From Caldisericota bacterium (GTDB lineage: Bacteria; Caldisericota; Caldisericia; JAAYUI01): a DNA stretch of 64,000 nucleotides. The notes below the pieces were generated by a model. It did not search any database. It saw nothing but the letters and a program-made list of their open reading frames with translations, and was not told where the DNA came from. The translations under genes were made by a program, and so were the position numbers. Of the stretch, positions 9,086 to 19,393 are shown in pieces (position 1 is the stretch's first letter; the number at the start of each line of letters is the position of its first letter). The DNA is taken from assembly GCA_029548865.1 (NCBI GenBank), contig JAKPMO010000002.1, positions 192,001-256,000 of the forward strand, read 5' to 3'.

Positions 9086-9634
9086 ATGGACACCAAAACA
9101 TTGCAGGATCACATGGAGAAAACGATTGGTTCGCTTCAGCAAAATTTTGTGGGGCTGAGGGCTGGAAGGGTAACGCCTGCAATAGTGGCCAAAGTCATGG
9201 TAAATGCCTATGGTTCCGAACTTCCACTTCCACAGGCTGGCAACATTGGCGTTCCAGATGGAAGAACCATGATCATCGAGCCGTGGGACAAATCCCTTAT
9301 TAAAGAGATAGTGACCGCATTACAGAAGGCAAATCTGGGTGCAAACCCAACATCTGATGGCAATCTTATAAGGCTGCCATTTCCTCCGCTTTCGCAAGAA
9401 AGAAGGCAGGAGCTCGCCAAGATGGTCAAAAAATATGGCGAGGACGCCAAGGTGGCGATCCGCAACATCAGAAGGGATGCCATAGAGCAGGTCAAAAAAG
9501 CAGAGAAGAGCAAAGAAATCTCTGAGGACGAAAGATTCAAAAGGGAAGAGGAAATCCAGAAAACCACCGACAAATACTCAAAAAAGGTGGATGAGCTGGT
9601 GGTCCAAAAGGAAAAGGAAATCCTAGAAAGTTGA
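9086..9634 (+). CDS. frr: Ribosome recycling factor
   Basis: 'RAGR', 'AKVAIRNIRRDA', 'KEKEI'. Confidence 0.97.
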   Translation: MDTKTLQDHMEKTIGSLQQNFVGLRAGRVTPAIVAKVMVNAYGSELPLPQAGNIGVPDGRTMIIEPWDKSLIKEIVTALQKANLGANPTSDGNLIRLPFPPLSQERRQELAKMVKKYGEDAKVAIRNIRRDAIEQVKKAEKSKEISEDERFKREEEIQKTTDKYSKKVDELVVQKEKEILES

Positions 9635-10335
9635 CAAGAACCAAAATCCCAAGGCACATAGCCATCATAATGGATGGCAATGGTCGGTGGGCGACCATGC
9701 GTGGTCTCCCGAGGATTGCGGGCCATAAGCAGGGTGTTGTTTCTGTCAGAAAAACAATAGAAAAAGCTGCTTCAATTGGAATTGAGGTTTTATCACTCTA
9801 TTGTTTTTCAACTGAAAATTGGTCAAGGCCCAGCGAAGAAGTCCAGTTTCTCATGAACACATTTTTGGAGACCCTCTACGAAGAGAGACCCAGAATGCTT
9901 GCAAACAATATCCGGTTCATGATGATTGGCGACAGGACGTCACTTTCTCCTGATCTGGTAAAAACCACCGAAAACCTCGAAAACGAAACAAAAGGCAATA
10001 CTGGTCTGAAACTTGTTCTTGCCATAAATTATGGCGGCAGGAGCGAGCTTTTAAGGGCAATCAAGGGGATTGCATCTGATGGTGTTCCTCCAGATAAAAT
10101 TACTGAAGAAACTGTAAGAGAGAGGCTCTACACAGTAGAGTTGCCCGACCCTGACCTTATAATCAGGACTTCAGGCGAGATGAGGCTTTCAAACTACATG
10201 ATATGGCAATCTGCTTACTCAGAGCTTCTTTTTATGAAAAAGCTCTGGCCTGATTTTCGGGAGAGAGACTTGATGAGTGCAATTGCCGTTTATTCCAGAA
10301 GACAGAGAAGGTTTGGTGGACTGGGAGGCAAATGA
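9631..10335 (+). CDS. uppS: Isoprenyl transferase (undecaprenyl diphosphate synthase)
   Basis: 'PRHIAIIMDGNGRWA', 'FSTENW', 'IRTSGE.RLSN'. Confidence 0.96.
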   Translation: MTRTKIPRHIAIIMDGNGRWATMRGLPRIAGHKQGVVSVRKTIEKAASIGIEVLSLYCFSTENWSRPSEEVQFLMNTFLETLYEERPRMLANNIRFMMIGDRTSLSPDLVKTTENLENETKGNTGLKLVLAINYGGRSELLRAIKGIASDGVPPDKITEETVRERLYTVELPDPDLIIRTSGEMRLSNYMIWQSAYSELLFMKKLWPDFRERDLMSAIAVYSRRQRRFGGLGGK

Positions 10336-11186
10336 ACCAGAAAATCCAACGTGTTGTAACGGCAGTTGTTCTTGTCCCGCTGGCAATTGGCCTGACCTAC
10401 CTTTCAGGCTGGTTTTTCCTGTGCGCAGTCATCTTGTTGTCCAGCATGGCAATTGTCGAGATGTCCAAAATGGCCAGAAAAACTGCAAAATCACCCCAGA
10501 TTGTTCCTCTCCTTGTTGTGAACCTGGCCATACAGATAATGGCCTATTACAGGTCATGGTATCTGGTTTTGGGAACAGTTTTCTTGTTCCTTGTTTTTTT
10601 GTATCTTGTCGAGATTTTTAGGGGCAATCCTGATGGTTCAATGTCTAGGATTGGCGGCAATCTCTATATCCTTGGCATTGGCATGCTCTTTGTTTTCTTC
10701 ACGCTTATTGAAACCTGCTCGCCTGATCCAATGGGAACAAAGGCCTCGGGATGGAGATTCATGACGACCCTTCTGGCTGGCATCTGGAGCTTTGATACGT
10801 TCTCATATTTTGGTGGAATGCTTTTTGGAAGACACAAGATGGCGCCAAATGTTTCCCCCGGAAAAACCTGGGAAGGTTTTGTTACTGGGGTAGTTTTTGG
10901 GGTTGGTGTTTTTGTCATTGTGGGGTGGTTGCTCCTCAGAAACGCGCACCCGTGGTTTGGCTGGCTAAAACTCACTGCCAGCGGGACTTGTATTGTCTTG
11001 CTTGGCACCATCGGCGATCTTGGAGAGTCGCTCCTCAAGAGGGACTCCAGAATGAAAGATTCTGGCAATATCATTGCTGGCCATGGTGGCGTGCTTGACA
11101 GGCTGGATTCGCTTATTGTTGCCGCCCCTGGGTTCTTTTTTATACTGGCATATTTCTTTTTGAGCTCCGGAAAGGTGTTTTTGTGA
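10332..11186 (+). CDS. cdsA: Phosphatidate cytidylyltransferase
   Basis: 'SPGKTWEG', 'GDLGESLLKR', 'GHGGVLDRLD'. Confidence 0.95.
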   Translation: MNQKIQRVVTAVVLVPLAIGLTYLSGWFFLCAVILLSSMAIVEMSKMARKTAKSPQIVPLLVVNLAIQIMAYYRSWYLVLGTVFLFLVFLYLVEIFRGNPDGSMSRIGGNLYILGIGMLFVFFTLIETCSPDPMGTKASGWRFMTTLLAGIWSFDTFSYFGGMLFGRHKMAPNVSPGKTWEGFVTGVVFGVGVFVIVGWLLLRNAHPWFGWLKLTASGTCIVLLGTIGDLGESLLKRDSRMKDSGNIIAGHGGVLDRLDSLIVAAPGFFFILAYFFLSSGKVFL

Positions 11187-12334
11187 AGAGAATTGCCATA
11201 ATTGGTTCCACTGGCTCCATAGGTATGCAGGCGCTTGATGTAATCAAATCCAATTATGCCAATTTCAGGGTCGTTGCCCTTGCCTCGCACAAGAATGATG
11301 CCCTGCTCTCGGAGCAGTTGTCCGTATTTGGCGCCAAGATGGCCTGTTTGTATGACAGGGAGGCCTCATCGAGGCTGAAAGCCAGAGAAAGAGGGATTAC
11401 GGTGCTTTCCGGCGACCAGGGGCTGATTGAAATTGCAAATCTTGACATAGATCTTCTGCTTGTGGCAGGCAATGGCCCATCAATGATAGAGCCAACCTTC
11501 GAGGCCCTGAGAAATGGGACAAGGGTCGCGCTTGCAACAAAAGAAGTTGTTGTTTGTGCCGGTCACCTCATTGAGCCATCAAATTATGAGGAGAAAATCA
11601 TTCCTGTCGACTCCGAGCCTTCAGCAATTTTCCAGAGCCTTATTGGTGAGGACAGGTGTAGGATAAAAGAAATATTACTCACAGCCTCTGGTGGCCCATT
11701 TTTTAGCAAAGGGATGACCTGGAACCAGCTTTCACACGTAAGGCCAGAAGATGCCCTGAAACACCCAAAGTGGAAGATGGGCAAGAGGATTACCATAGAT
11801 TCAGCAACACTTGTAAACAAGGGGCTTGAGCTCATTGAAGTTTGCAGGATGTTTGATGTTCCGCCAGAAAAGGTCAGGGTGCTGGTCCATCCACAGGCAG
11901 AGGTGCATTCAGGGGTCATAATGGTTGATGGCTCCGCTAAATTGCAGGCCTCTCCGCCAGACATGCGGTACCCGATATCCTATGCCCTCCATTTTCCGAG
12001 TAGGACAGTGTCTGATCTTGATGGGCTCAAATTTCCGGCAAACTGGTCATTTGGTGAGTTGACCGGCGATGCCTCAAAGTCGGTTGCCCTTGCAAAATCG
12101 GCTTTTTCAAAGGGGCCACCATGGCTGGTTGCCTACACTGCGGCTGATGAGGCGGCAATTGAACTCTTCCTTTCGAAGTCTTTGTCTTTTGGCCTGATCC
12201 CGGAAGTCATTTCCAAGACCATGAGCCGAATTGAAAATATTGATCTTTCCAGCCCCCAAAAGATCACCTCCCACTACACCAATTGCAGGCAGATTGCGTT
12301 GGAGATAGGAAAAAAGCTATGTCAACAATACTAA
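11183..12334 (+). CDS. dxr: 1-deoxy-D-xylulose-5-phosphate reductoisomerase
   Basis: 'GSTGSIG', 'LTASGGPF', 'HPKWKMG', 'DSATLVNKGLE'. Confidence 0.93.
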   Translation: MKRIAIIGSTGSIGMQALDVIKSNYANFRVVALASHKNDALLSEQLSVFGAKMACLYDREASSRLKARERGITVLSGDQGLIEIANLDIDLLLVAGNGPSMIEPTFEALRNGTRVALATKEVVVCAGHLIEPSNYEEKIIPVDSEPSAIFQSLIGEDRCRIKEILLTASGGPFFSKGMTWNQLSHVRPEDALKHPKWKMGKRITIDSATLVNKGLELIEVCRMFDVPPEKVRVLVHPQAEVHSGVIMVDGSAKLQASPPDMRYPISYALHFPSRTVSDLDGLKFPANWSFGELTGDASKSVALAKSAFSKGPPWLVAYTAADEAAIELFLSKSLSFGLIPEVISKTMSRIENIDLSSPQKITSHYTNCRQIALEIGKKLCQQY

Positions 12335-13635
12335 ACATAATATATGCGCTTTTGATTCTTGATGTTCTTGTGATTGCCCATGAATTCGGCCACCTCTTTG
12401 CCGCCAGGTCAATTGGTGTGCCGGCGCTGAGTTTTTCAATCGGCATGGGCCCGGTCATTGCAAGAAAAAAATTCAAATACTTTGGTGATACAGAGTTCAG
12501 GATATCGCTTTTCCCTGTTGGCGGCTATGTCATGGTTTCCGGCGAAGCCGAAGACTCAGATGACCCAAACAGTCTCTATAGAAAAAGCCCCTGGCAGAGG
12601 GCATGGTTTTCTGTTTCAGGTGCCCTGACAAATTTTGTTTTTGCTTTTATTGTCTTTGTAGTTGTGGCGCTGGCTTTTGGTGATCCGGTATATCTTTTCA
12701 ATAGGATAGGCACAGTCGATCCAAACATGCCGGCCGCAAAGGCAGGCATTCAGTCTGGTGACTGGATACTTGAAATAGATGGCACACAAACCCCCACCTG
12801 GGATGCGGTTGTGGCCGAAATAAGGACAAGGCCAGACAAGGAAGTACCAGTTCTTGTTGGAAGGGAATCTGGCAAGGCCGAAGCAGAAGTTTCTCCAGAC
12901 ACATCAATATGGGTAACAGGTAGCCAGGTGGCCAAGCTTTCAGAGTTCAAATTCCCGGAAGAATATCCAAGCGATGATATTTTTATTGGAATAGAAGGCA
13001 AATATTTCAGGCTCAATTCAATTGAATTGGTTGGGAATGAAGAGGCAGGAAACTGGAACAAGACAAAAGAACTCCTGAAGGCGATCACTTCAACAAGCAA
13101 AATTACATTTGGATCGTCACTTGAAACCCAGACTGTCAAAGTAACCATCGCAGGTGTTGAAGAAGAGCAGGAAAACGGCTTGATCAAGGTTGGAAAGCTT
13201 GGGATAACAGCATCGCAGGGAGTCAAATACAAAAGATACAACATTGTTGAGGCGATATGGATTTCGCTGGAAAAATTCTGGCTTTTCCTCGTTGCGTTCT
13301 TCAACTTCTTTGTTGGCCTGTTTTCGGGCAAGGGCGTCGGCGACGTTGCCGGTCCTGTTGGCATCATAAAAATAACAGGCCAGATGGCCAGCATGGGCTG
13401 GGCCGTCATACTCGGTTTTGCCGCGATGTTGTCCATGAATCTTGGGTTCCTGAACCTTATTCCGTTCCCCGGGCTTGATGGTGCCAGGTTCCTGTTCTCT
13501 GTTGTCGAGGGTATCACTGGCAAGAAGTTGCCAAGGGCCGTTGAAAATGTCATCCATGCAGTCGGTTTTATAATATTGATAGGATTGATACTGCTTGTGA
13601 CTGCAAACGACCTGTTCGGGATATTCAGAAAATGA
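12319..13635 (+). CDS. rseP: RIP metalloprotease RseP (M50, PDZ)
   Basis: HEFGH and NLIPFPGLDG motifs, PDZ segment; ATG 12319. Confidence 0.92.
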   Translation: MSTILNIIYALLILDVLVIAHEFGHLFAARSIGVPALSFSIGMGPVIARKKFKYFGDTEFRISLFPVGGYVMVSGEAEDSDDPNSLYRKSPWQRAWFSVSGALTNFVFAFIVFVVVALAFGDPVYLFNRIGTVDPNMPAAKAGIQSGDWILEIDGTQTPTWDAVVAEIRTRPDKEVPVLVGRESGKAEAEVSPDTSIWVTGSQVAKLSEFKFPEEYPSDDIFIGIEGKYFRLNSIELVGNEEAGNWNKTKELLKAITSTSKITFGSSLETQTVKVTIAGVEEEQENGLIKVGKLGITASQGVKYKRYNIVEAIWISLEKFWLFLVAFFNFFVGLFSGKGVGDVAGPVGIIKITGQMASMGWAVILGFAAMLSMNLGFLNLIPFPGLDGARFLFSVVEGITGKKLPRAVENVIHAVGFIILIGLILLVTANDLFGIFRK

Positions 13636-14651
13636 GCAGGAGCGTCTTGGTTGGCAACGTCAGGATTGGTGGTGGTGCGCCCATTGCCGTCCAGACGATG
13701 ACAAAGACCGACACCAGGGACGCGAAGAAAACAATCGAACAGATATGGCGTGTATATGGGGCTGGCTGTGAAATAGTCAGGTGCGCCATTCCCGACATGG
13801 AAGCTGCAAAGGCCCTTGCCGAAATTGTAAAAGGAAGCCCCATCCCTGTTGTTGCAGACATCCATTTTGATTACAGACTGGCGCTTGCATCTCTTGAAGC
13901 CGGTTGCCACAAGCTCAGGCTCAACCCTGGCAATATAAAGGACAAAGAAAAAATAAGGCTTGTTGCAAGAGAAGCCAAGGCCAGAAATGTTCCCATAAGG
14001 GTCGGTGTCAATGCTGGATCAATCAAACACACGGACAATGTGTCCAATGAAGCGGTTCAAATTGCATTGGAGGAGGTAAAAATACTTGAAGATGAGGATT
14101 TTAGAGACATTGTTGTATCTGTAAAAACATCCGACATAAAAACGACCATTGAGGCAAACCGTCTTTTGAGAAAAGCATGTGACTACCCGATACACATAGG
14201 CTTGACCGAATCTGGCCCATTGATACAGGGCCTCGTGAGGTCAAGCGCCGCACTTTTGCCCCTGCTTGAAGAAGGCACGGGGGACACGATAAGGGTCTCG
14301 CTGACCGATGACCCGGAATCAGAAGTGGAAGCGGCGTGGTCAATGCTCGAGACTGTGGGTGTCAGGTCGTTTGGGCCAACAATAATATCCTGCCCCACCT
14401 GCGGAAGGACAAGGCAAAACCTGCGCGGGAAGCTGTCGGAGATCCGTATGGCACTAAAAGGGGTCAAAGGTAAAAAAATAGCTGTCATGGGCTGCGAGGT
14501 GAATGGGCCTGGTGAAGCCAAGGACGCTGATATGGGGATTGCCTTTGGAGCAACAAAATGTGTTGTTTTCAGAGGTGGCAACATGATTGGAACTTTTGAC
14601 ACCGACGAGGCCGTAAGGATATTGATAGAAATGGCCAAGGAGGATAATTGA
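13632..14651 (+). CDS. ispG: HMBPP synthase
   Basis: 'VADIHF', 'RLNPGNI', 'CPTCGR', 'MGCEVNGPGE'. Confidence 0.96.
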   Translation: MSRSVLVGNVRIGGGAPIAVQTMTKTDTRDAKKTIEQIWRVYGAGCEIVRCAIPDMEAAKALAEIVKGSPIPVVADIHFDYRLALASLEAGCHKLRLNPGNIKDKEKIRLVAREAKARNVPIRVGVNAGSIKHTDNVSNEAVQIALEEVKILEDEDFRDIVVSVKTSDIKTTIEANRLLRKACDYPIHIGLTESGPLIQGLVRSSAALLPLLEEGTGDTIRVSLTDDPESEVEAAWSMLETVGVRSFGPTIISCPTCGRTRQNLRGKLSEIRMALKGVKGKKIAVMGCEVNGPGEAKDADMGIAFGATKCVVFRGGNMIGTFDTDEAVRILIEMAKEDN

Positions 14652-15736
14652 GTAAGGTTTTTATAGTGGGCCTCAGAATGAAAGAAGACGATCAGCACGA
14701 GGCTCTTGAATCATTTAGCGAACTGATGCAACTTGCCAGGACGCTGGACATGGAAATAGTTGGAAAAGGTTTTCAGGTAATCAGGGAACCCACCCATTCG
14801 CACCTTCTGGGCAAGGGCAAAGTTGAAGAACTGGCGCAGGAAATAGCGTCTCTAGACCCAGAGAGAGTCCTTGTTGATTTTGAGCTCTCGCCACTCCAGT
14901 GCAGGAACCTGGAAGAGTCATGGGGAAGGCCGGTCCTCGACAGGCATGGCCTGATAATTGAGGTGTTTTCAAAGCACGCCACCACATCTGAAGGAAAACT
15001 TCAGGTGGAACTTGCACTCCTTAAATATAAACTCCCAAGGTTGTCTGGCAGAAATCTTGCCTATGACCAGCAAACGGGTGGTGGAGGTTCTGCATACCTT
15101 AGGGGTTCTGGTGAAAGGGCAATAGATATTGCAAGAAGGCAGATCCGCTCCAGAATCAGGGTGCTCGAGAAGAAGATAGAACTGGTGGCCAGACATAGGG
15201 AAATAAAGTCCAAAAGACGCGAAAAGAGTGATGTTCCGCTAGTTTCACTTGTTGGATACACCAATGCTGGCAAGTCAACACTCCTGAACAGTCTTACAGG
15301 GGCGAATGTCCTCACACAGAACAAACTCTTTTCAACGCTTGACACAACTGTCAGGGCGAGAATTCATGATGGGCAAAAAATACTGTTCGCAGATACCGTT
15401 GGTTTTATAAGAAACCTCCCTGTCGATCTCGTTGCAGCATTCAGGTCAACACTTGAAGAGGTGCTGTCTTCAGATGTCATACTGCATGTGTTTGATGCCA
15501 CAAACCCTGATTGGGAACGTCACATTGAAGTAGCACAAGGCATCCTCGATGATCTTGGAGCAAGCAACATCCCAATGCTGTATGTTGCCAACAAGAGCGA
15601 CCTTGTATCCGAAGAAAAACAAAAAGAAATATCAAGTCATCTTGATGACGTGGTTTTTGTTTCGGCCCTTGAAAGAAGGGGGCTTGATATACTTCTGGGC
15701 AAATTATCACAAAACCTTTTTGCCCTCAAAGTTTAG
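14648..15736 (+). CDS. hflX: GTPase HflX
   Basis: 'EGKLQVELA', 'VGYTNAGKST', 'DTVGFI', 'NKSD'. Confidence 0.95.
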   Translation: MSKVFIVGLRMKEDDQHEALESFSELMQLARTLDMEIVGKGFQVIREPTHSHLLGKGKVEELAQEIASLDPERVLVDFELSPLQCRNLEESWGRPVLDRHGLIIEVFSKHATTSEGKLQVELALLKYKLPRLSGRNLAYDQQTGGGGSAYLRGSGERAIDIARRQIRSRIRVLEKKIELVARHREIKSKRREKSDVPLVSLVGYTNAGKSTLLNSLTGANVLTQNKLFSTLDTTVRARIHDGQKILFADTVGFIRNLPVDLVAAFRSTLEEVLSSDVILHVFDATNPDWERHIEVAQGILDDLGASNIPMLYVANKSDLVSEEKQKEISSHLDDVVFVSALERRGLDILLGKLSQNLFALKV

Positions 15737-15788
15737 CCAGAACAAAATCCATGCGTTGTAAAATAATGACCCGAAAAGGAGTGGTTAG

Positions 15789-18700
15789 ATGAAAAAATAT
15801 TTGACTTTGACACTAGCATTACTGATGGTTCTCGTATCGTTTGGTAATGTTGGTTTTGCCTTGCAGAAATCCGATCCGGTCCATCAGTCAAGGATGGCCT
15901 ATGTTTCACCGGGCATCATCGCACAGATGGACGAAGGATCAATCGATGATCCAATAGATGCCATGGTGTGGACATCAACACCGATAGACAAATCATTGGA
16001 GAGGATGGGCCAGAATGAAGGCCTCCTGAGATTTGAACCATTCAAGTTCATGTCCTGCTATTATGTCAGCGCGACCAGCCAGGCCCTAAAAACCATCGCA
16101 TCCATGCCTGAAACGCTGAGGGTCCAGGAGAATTATTCTATAAAAGCACCAGATACCAAGATGGCTGACACAAAGAATACAAAAGTCAATTGGGGCCTCG
16201 ACGACCTAAAGGTTAGGGATCTCTGGAAGCAGGGCATCAGGGGCCAGGGTGTCAAGGTTGGTTTGCTTGATACTGGTGTTGATGCAAAGCACCCAGAGTT
16301 GGCAGGCAAGGTCACAAAGTTCGCAACGTTTGACACGTCTGGCAAGGTTATACCAGATATGACCGAACCTTTTGACAATGTTGGTCATGGTACCCATTGT
16401 GCTGGAATAATCGCTGGTGGGAAGAGTGGCCAGGACGGCGTTGGCGTTGCCCCTGACTGCGAACTCATAGTTGGTTCGGTAATCCCTGGCGGGAACGGAA
16501 CACTTGCGCAGGTTATTGGCGGCATGGAATGGATCCTTGATCCGGACGGAGATCCAAACACCGATGATGCCCCAAGGGTGGTTTCAATGTCCCTCGGCGG
16601 TTCGATTCCAGATGAAGACATGGTTGCTGCTACGGATGCATTTGAGAGAAAGGGTGTTCTCCTTATCGCCTCCATTGGCAACAGTGGAGATGGTTCAACT
16701 GGCTCACCAGGCAATATACCATCGGTCACATCTGTTGGTGCCTATGACAAAAATCGTCAGCCAGCAAGTTTCTCAAGCGGCAACAAGATCGACTGGGAAA
16801 TAGAGCCATACCATGAATCGGTAATAAAACCAGATGTTTCTGCACCTGGTGTGTCAATATACTCAACCTTCCCAAAAGGCAAGTATGCAATAGCAAGCGG
16901 AACATCAATGGCCACCCCCCATGTGGCTGGCGTTTGTGCATTGCTCATGTCAACCGACAAGTCTTATTCGGCAATTGACTTGAGAATGGCAATCAAGGCA
17001 ACAGCCGATGATCTGGGCTCAAAAGGATGGGACACCAGATATGGTATTGGCGCAATCAATCCAAAGGCCGCACTGGATTATCTCAAGAAAACCGGGAAGG
17101 TGCAGGTTGACATCAACCTTCCGGACAAAAAAGTGGCAAACCTTGTAATCGGCGACAATCATTACAGAGTGGACAAGAGCTTCGCACTACACCTTCCACC
17201 TGGAAAAACAAACATAGAACTGAGTTCTTTTGGGTTTAAAAAGCTCGCCCAGGAAGTCAATGTTATTGCAGGAAAATCATCTTCCATAAGCTATGAAATG
17301 TCTGAGCTGCCAAAAACTTCTTTCAAAGCAACGATGTATGGTGCAGATGGAAATCCTGCAAACGTCGGGCAGATGAGGATTACTGGAACTAACTTCAGCG
17401 CTGATAGCGATGAAAATGGAAATTTTGACGCAGAGATTCCAACGGACGAATATGACGTTGAATTCTGGTCTATTGGCTATGTGCCAAAAACCATGAAGAT
17501 TGACTTCTCAAAAGACCTGCCAAAGAAAATACAGCTTGAAAAGGCAGACGTGCTCGTTGTTGCCTTGCAATACACCACCCCAAGCCAGTATTACAGCAGA
17601 AGGTTTGACAAATACTGTTTCAGGGCCTTTGATGAGATGGGGATAAAGTATTGCCCGGTCAATCCATACAAGTTTGATCTTACAAGCGATCAAATGAAGA
17701 TGTTTGACAGGGTGTACTGGTTTGCCGGCGAGAATGGTCTTTATTCCGAAGACGTAGAAATCCTTGAGGACTACCTTAAGGAAGGTGGGAAACTTCTTAT
17801 TTCGGGCTCCAATCTTCTCTACTTTGAAAGCTACAGAAGGGACAACTCGTTCTTCACGGACAACTATGGCGTTATCCTGAAAAATTCACCAACACCACTT
17901 ACAACAATGATGGGTGTGAAGGACGACGACATAGGCGATGGCCTTGTCTTCTCGTTTAGCGGTGGTGATGGTGCGTCCAACCAGCTTGGCGCGGATGGGT
18001 TTGTTGTCAACAAGGGGAACGGCAAGCCATTCATGTACTATCTTGGTCCAAAGGAAACTTCCCCTGCAGATCTCGGCTATACTGGCCTAAAGCTCCAAAC
18101 CCAGAACTTCCTCTCGATCTTCCTTGCGTTTGGCTTTGAGGGAATCAATAGCAAAGAAGCCAGGCAGATGCTGCTCTCCAGGGTTGAAAAGTGGTTCACC
18201 AGTTTTGGTGGCGTCGATATTACTTTCGAGGACGAGAAGGGCAATCCTGTTTATGCAAAAGCAAAGATAGACGGCATTGGTGATGTTGAAACAAACGATG
18301 AAGGTCACCTGATTCTCTCATATCTACCACAGGGCAAAATTTCCTTGAAAGTTGTCCCGTTTGGCTTTGCGGAGCAGAGCTTCACAGCCACTGTCACGCC
18401 AGGAAAAACGACCAGGATAAGTCTTGGCCTGTCAAACCCAACTTCAGTAAAGATCTCCGGAAAGGTTGTTGACTCAGCAACCGGAACACCGATGAAATGC
18501 GATTTCAAGATCATAGGTTTTGAAACAAAGCAGTATTCAACGGACGATGCCGGAAACTTCTCATTGACCCTTCCAAAATACAAGTATTCGCTCAAGATCT
18601 TCAAAAAGGGCTATATGAATTACTGGATGGATATCCTTGAAAATGCCGAAGATCTCAAAGTCAAAATGGAGAAGCCGAAGAGGGTTGTTGCGCTGTTCCA

Positions 18701-19322
18701 GCAGATAGCTCCAAGCTGGGACACGAGGAGTTTTGCAGGGATTGCCCAGATATACGAGAGGGTTGCAAGAGGTTCTGGCACTGATTTCGACAACATTATA
18801 GTACCTCCCGGCAATGTAGTGGACTATGAAGACATGCAGCAGTTTAGCAAGATAATCTGGTACTGTGGCTTCAACGACGAAATAGGGGCCTCATGGTGGC
18901 TGGACAACCTTGCAAGATACGTCAATGATGGTGGTTCAATAGCCATCATAGGCCAGAATGTGCCGCAGGCAATCAGCTCAAGGCCCGAGCTTGCAAAAAC
19001 ATTCGGGTTTGAGTTGCTCGAATCCAATACCAGCATCTATGCTGTCAAAGGTGTGAAGGGAGACCCGATTGGTGATGATTTGATATTCTCGCTCTATCAC
19101 CCATTCCTTAGAATGGGACTTCTTTCGGTTGCACCATCGATGAAGCCTGTTGGTTCTGGAGTGTCCTGTTTTGATTATCTTGGCGGAGCATCGGCAGGAG
19201 TGAGGGTTGGAACCGACAAACAAAAAACGCTTGTGCTCCCATTCGGTTTTGAGAACATGTATGCAGACACCAAGGAAAGTCAGGATCTTTTCAAGAGGAT
19301 AGTGAGCTACCTGGGGAAGTAA
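15789..19322 (+). CDS. Secreted S8 (subtilase) serine peptidase, multidomain
   Basis: Signal peptide; triad motifs LDTG, GHGTH, GTSMA; C-terminal Ig-like and repeated alpha/beta domains. Confidence 0.9.
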   Translation: MKKYLTLTLALLMVLVSFGNVGFALQKSDPVHQSRMAYVSPGIIAQMDEGSIDDPIDAMVWTSTPIDKSLERMGQNEGLLRFEPFKFMSCYYVSATSQALKTIASMPETLRVQENYSIKAPDTKMADTKNTKVNWGLDDLKVRDLWKQGIRGQGVKVGLLDTGVDAKHPELAGKVTKFATFDTSGKVIPDMTEPFDNVGHGTHCAGIIAGGKSGQDGVGVAPDCELIVGSVIPGGNGTLAQVIGGMEWILDPDGDPNTDDAPRVVSMSLGGSIPDEDMVAATDAFERKGVLLIASIGNSGDGSTGSPGNIPSVTSVGAYDKNRQPASFSSGNKIDWEIEPYHESVIKPDVSAPGVSIYSTFPKGKYAIASGTSMATPHVAGVCALLMSTDKSYSAIDLRMAIKATADDLGSKGWDTRYGIGAINPKAALDYLKKTGKVQVDINLPDKKVANLVIGDNHYRVDKSFALHLPPGKTNIELSSFGFKKLAQEVNVIAGKSSSISYEMSELPKTSFKATMYGADGNPANVGQMRITGTNFSADSDENGNFDAEIPTDEYDVEFWSIGYVPKTMKIDFSKDLPKKIQLEKADVLVVALQYTTPSQYYSRRFDKYCFRAFDEMGIKYCPVNPYKFDLTSDQMKMFDRVYWFAGENGLYSEDVEILEDYLKEGGKLLISGSNLLYFESYRRDNSFFTDNYGVILKNSPTPLTTMMGVKDDDIGDGLVFSFSGGDGASNQLGADGFVVNKGNGKPFMYYLGPKETSPADLGYTGLKLQTQNFLSIFLAFGFEGINSKEARQMLLSRVEKWFTSFGGVDITFEDEKGNPVYAKAKIDGIGDVETNDEGHLILSYLPQGKISLKVVPFGFAEQSFTATVTPGKTTRISLGLSNPTSVKISGKVVDSATGTPMKCDFKIIGFETKQYSTDDAGNFSLTLPKYKYSLKIFKKGYMNYWMDILENAEDLKVKMEKPKRVVALFQQIAPSWDTRSFAGIAQIYERVARGSGTDFDNIIVPPGNVVDYEDMQQFSKIIWYCGFNDEIGASWWLDNLARYVNDGGSIAIIGQNVPQAISSRPELAKTFGFELLESNTSIYAVKGVKGDPIGDDLIFSLYHPFLRMGLLSVAPSMKPVGSGVSCFDYLGGASAGVRVGTDKQKTLVLPFGFENMYADTKESQDLFKRIVSYLGK

Positions 19323-19353
19323 AATAGTCTAAAAGCGACAAAAAACCGTTTGA

Positions 19354-19393
19354 CAATGTCATATCACACAATAAAATGTGTGATATGACATTG
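19354..19393. promoter_or_regulatory. 17-bp perfect inverted repeat over the promoter and start of the XRE gene
   Basis: CAATGTCATATCACACA-ataaaa-TGTGTGATATGACATTG; TTGACA(19350)-N16-TAAAAT(19372). Confidence 0.75.

Noticed and set aside
12750..13910. 386-aa minus-strand ORF
   Set aside because: Antisense to rseP/ispG; no motifs
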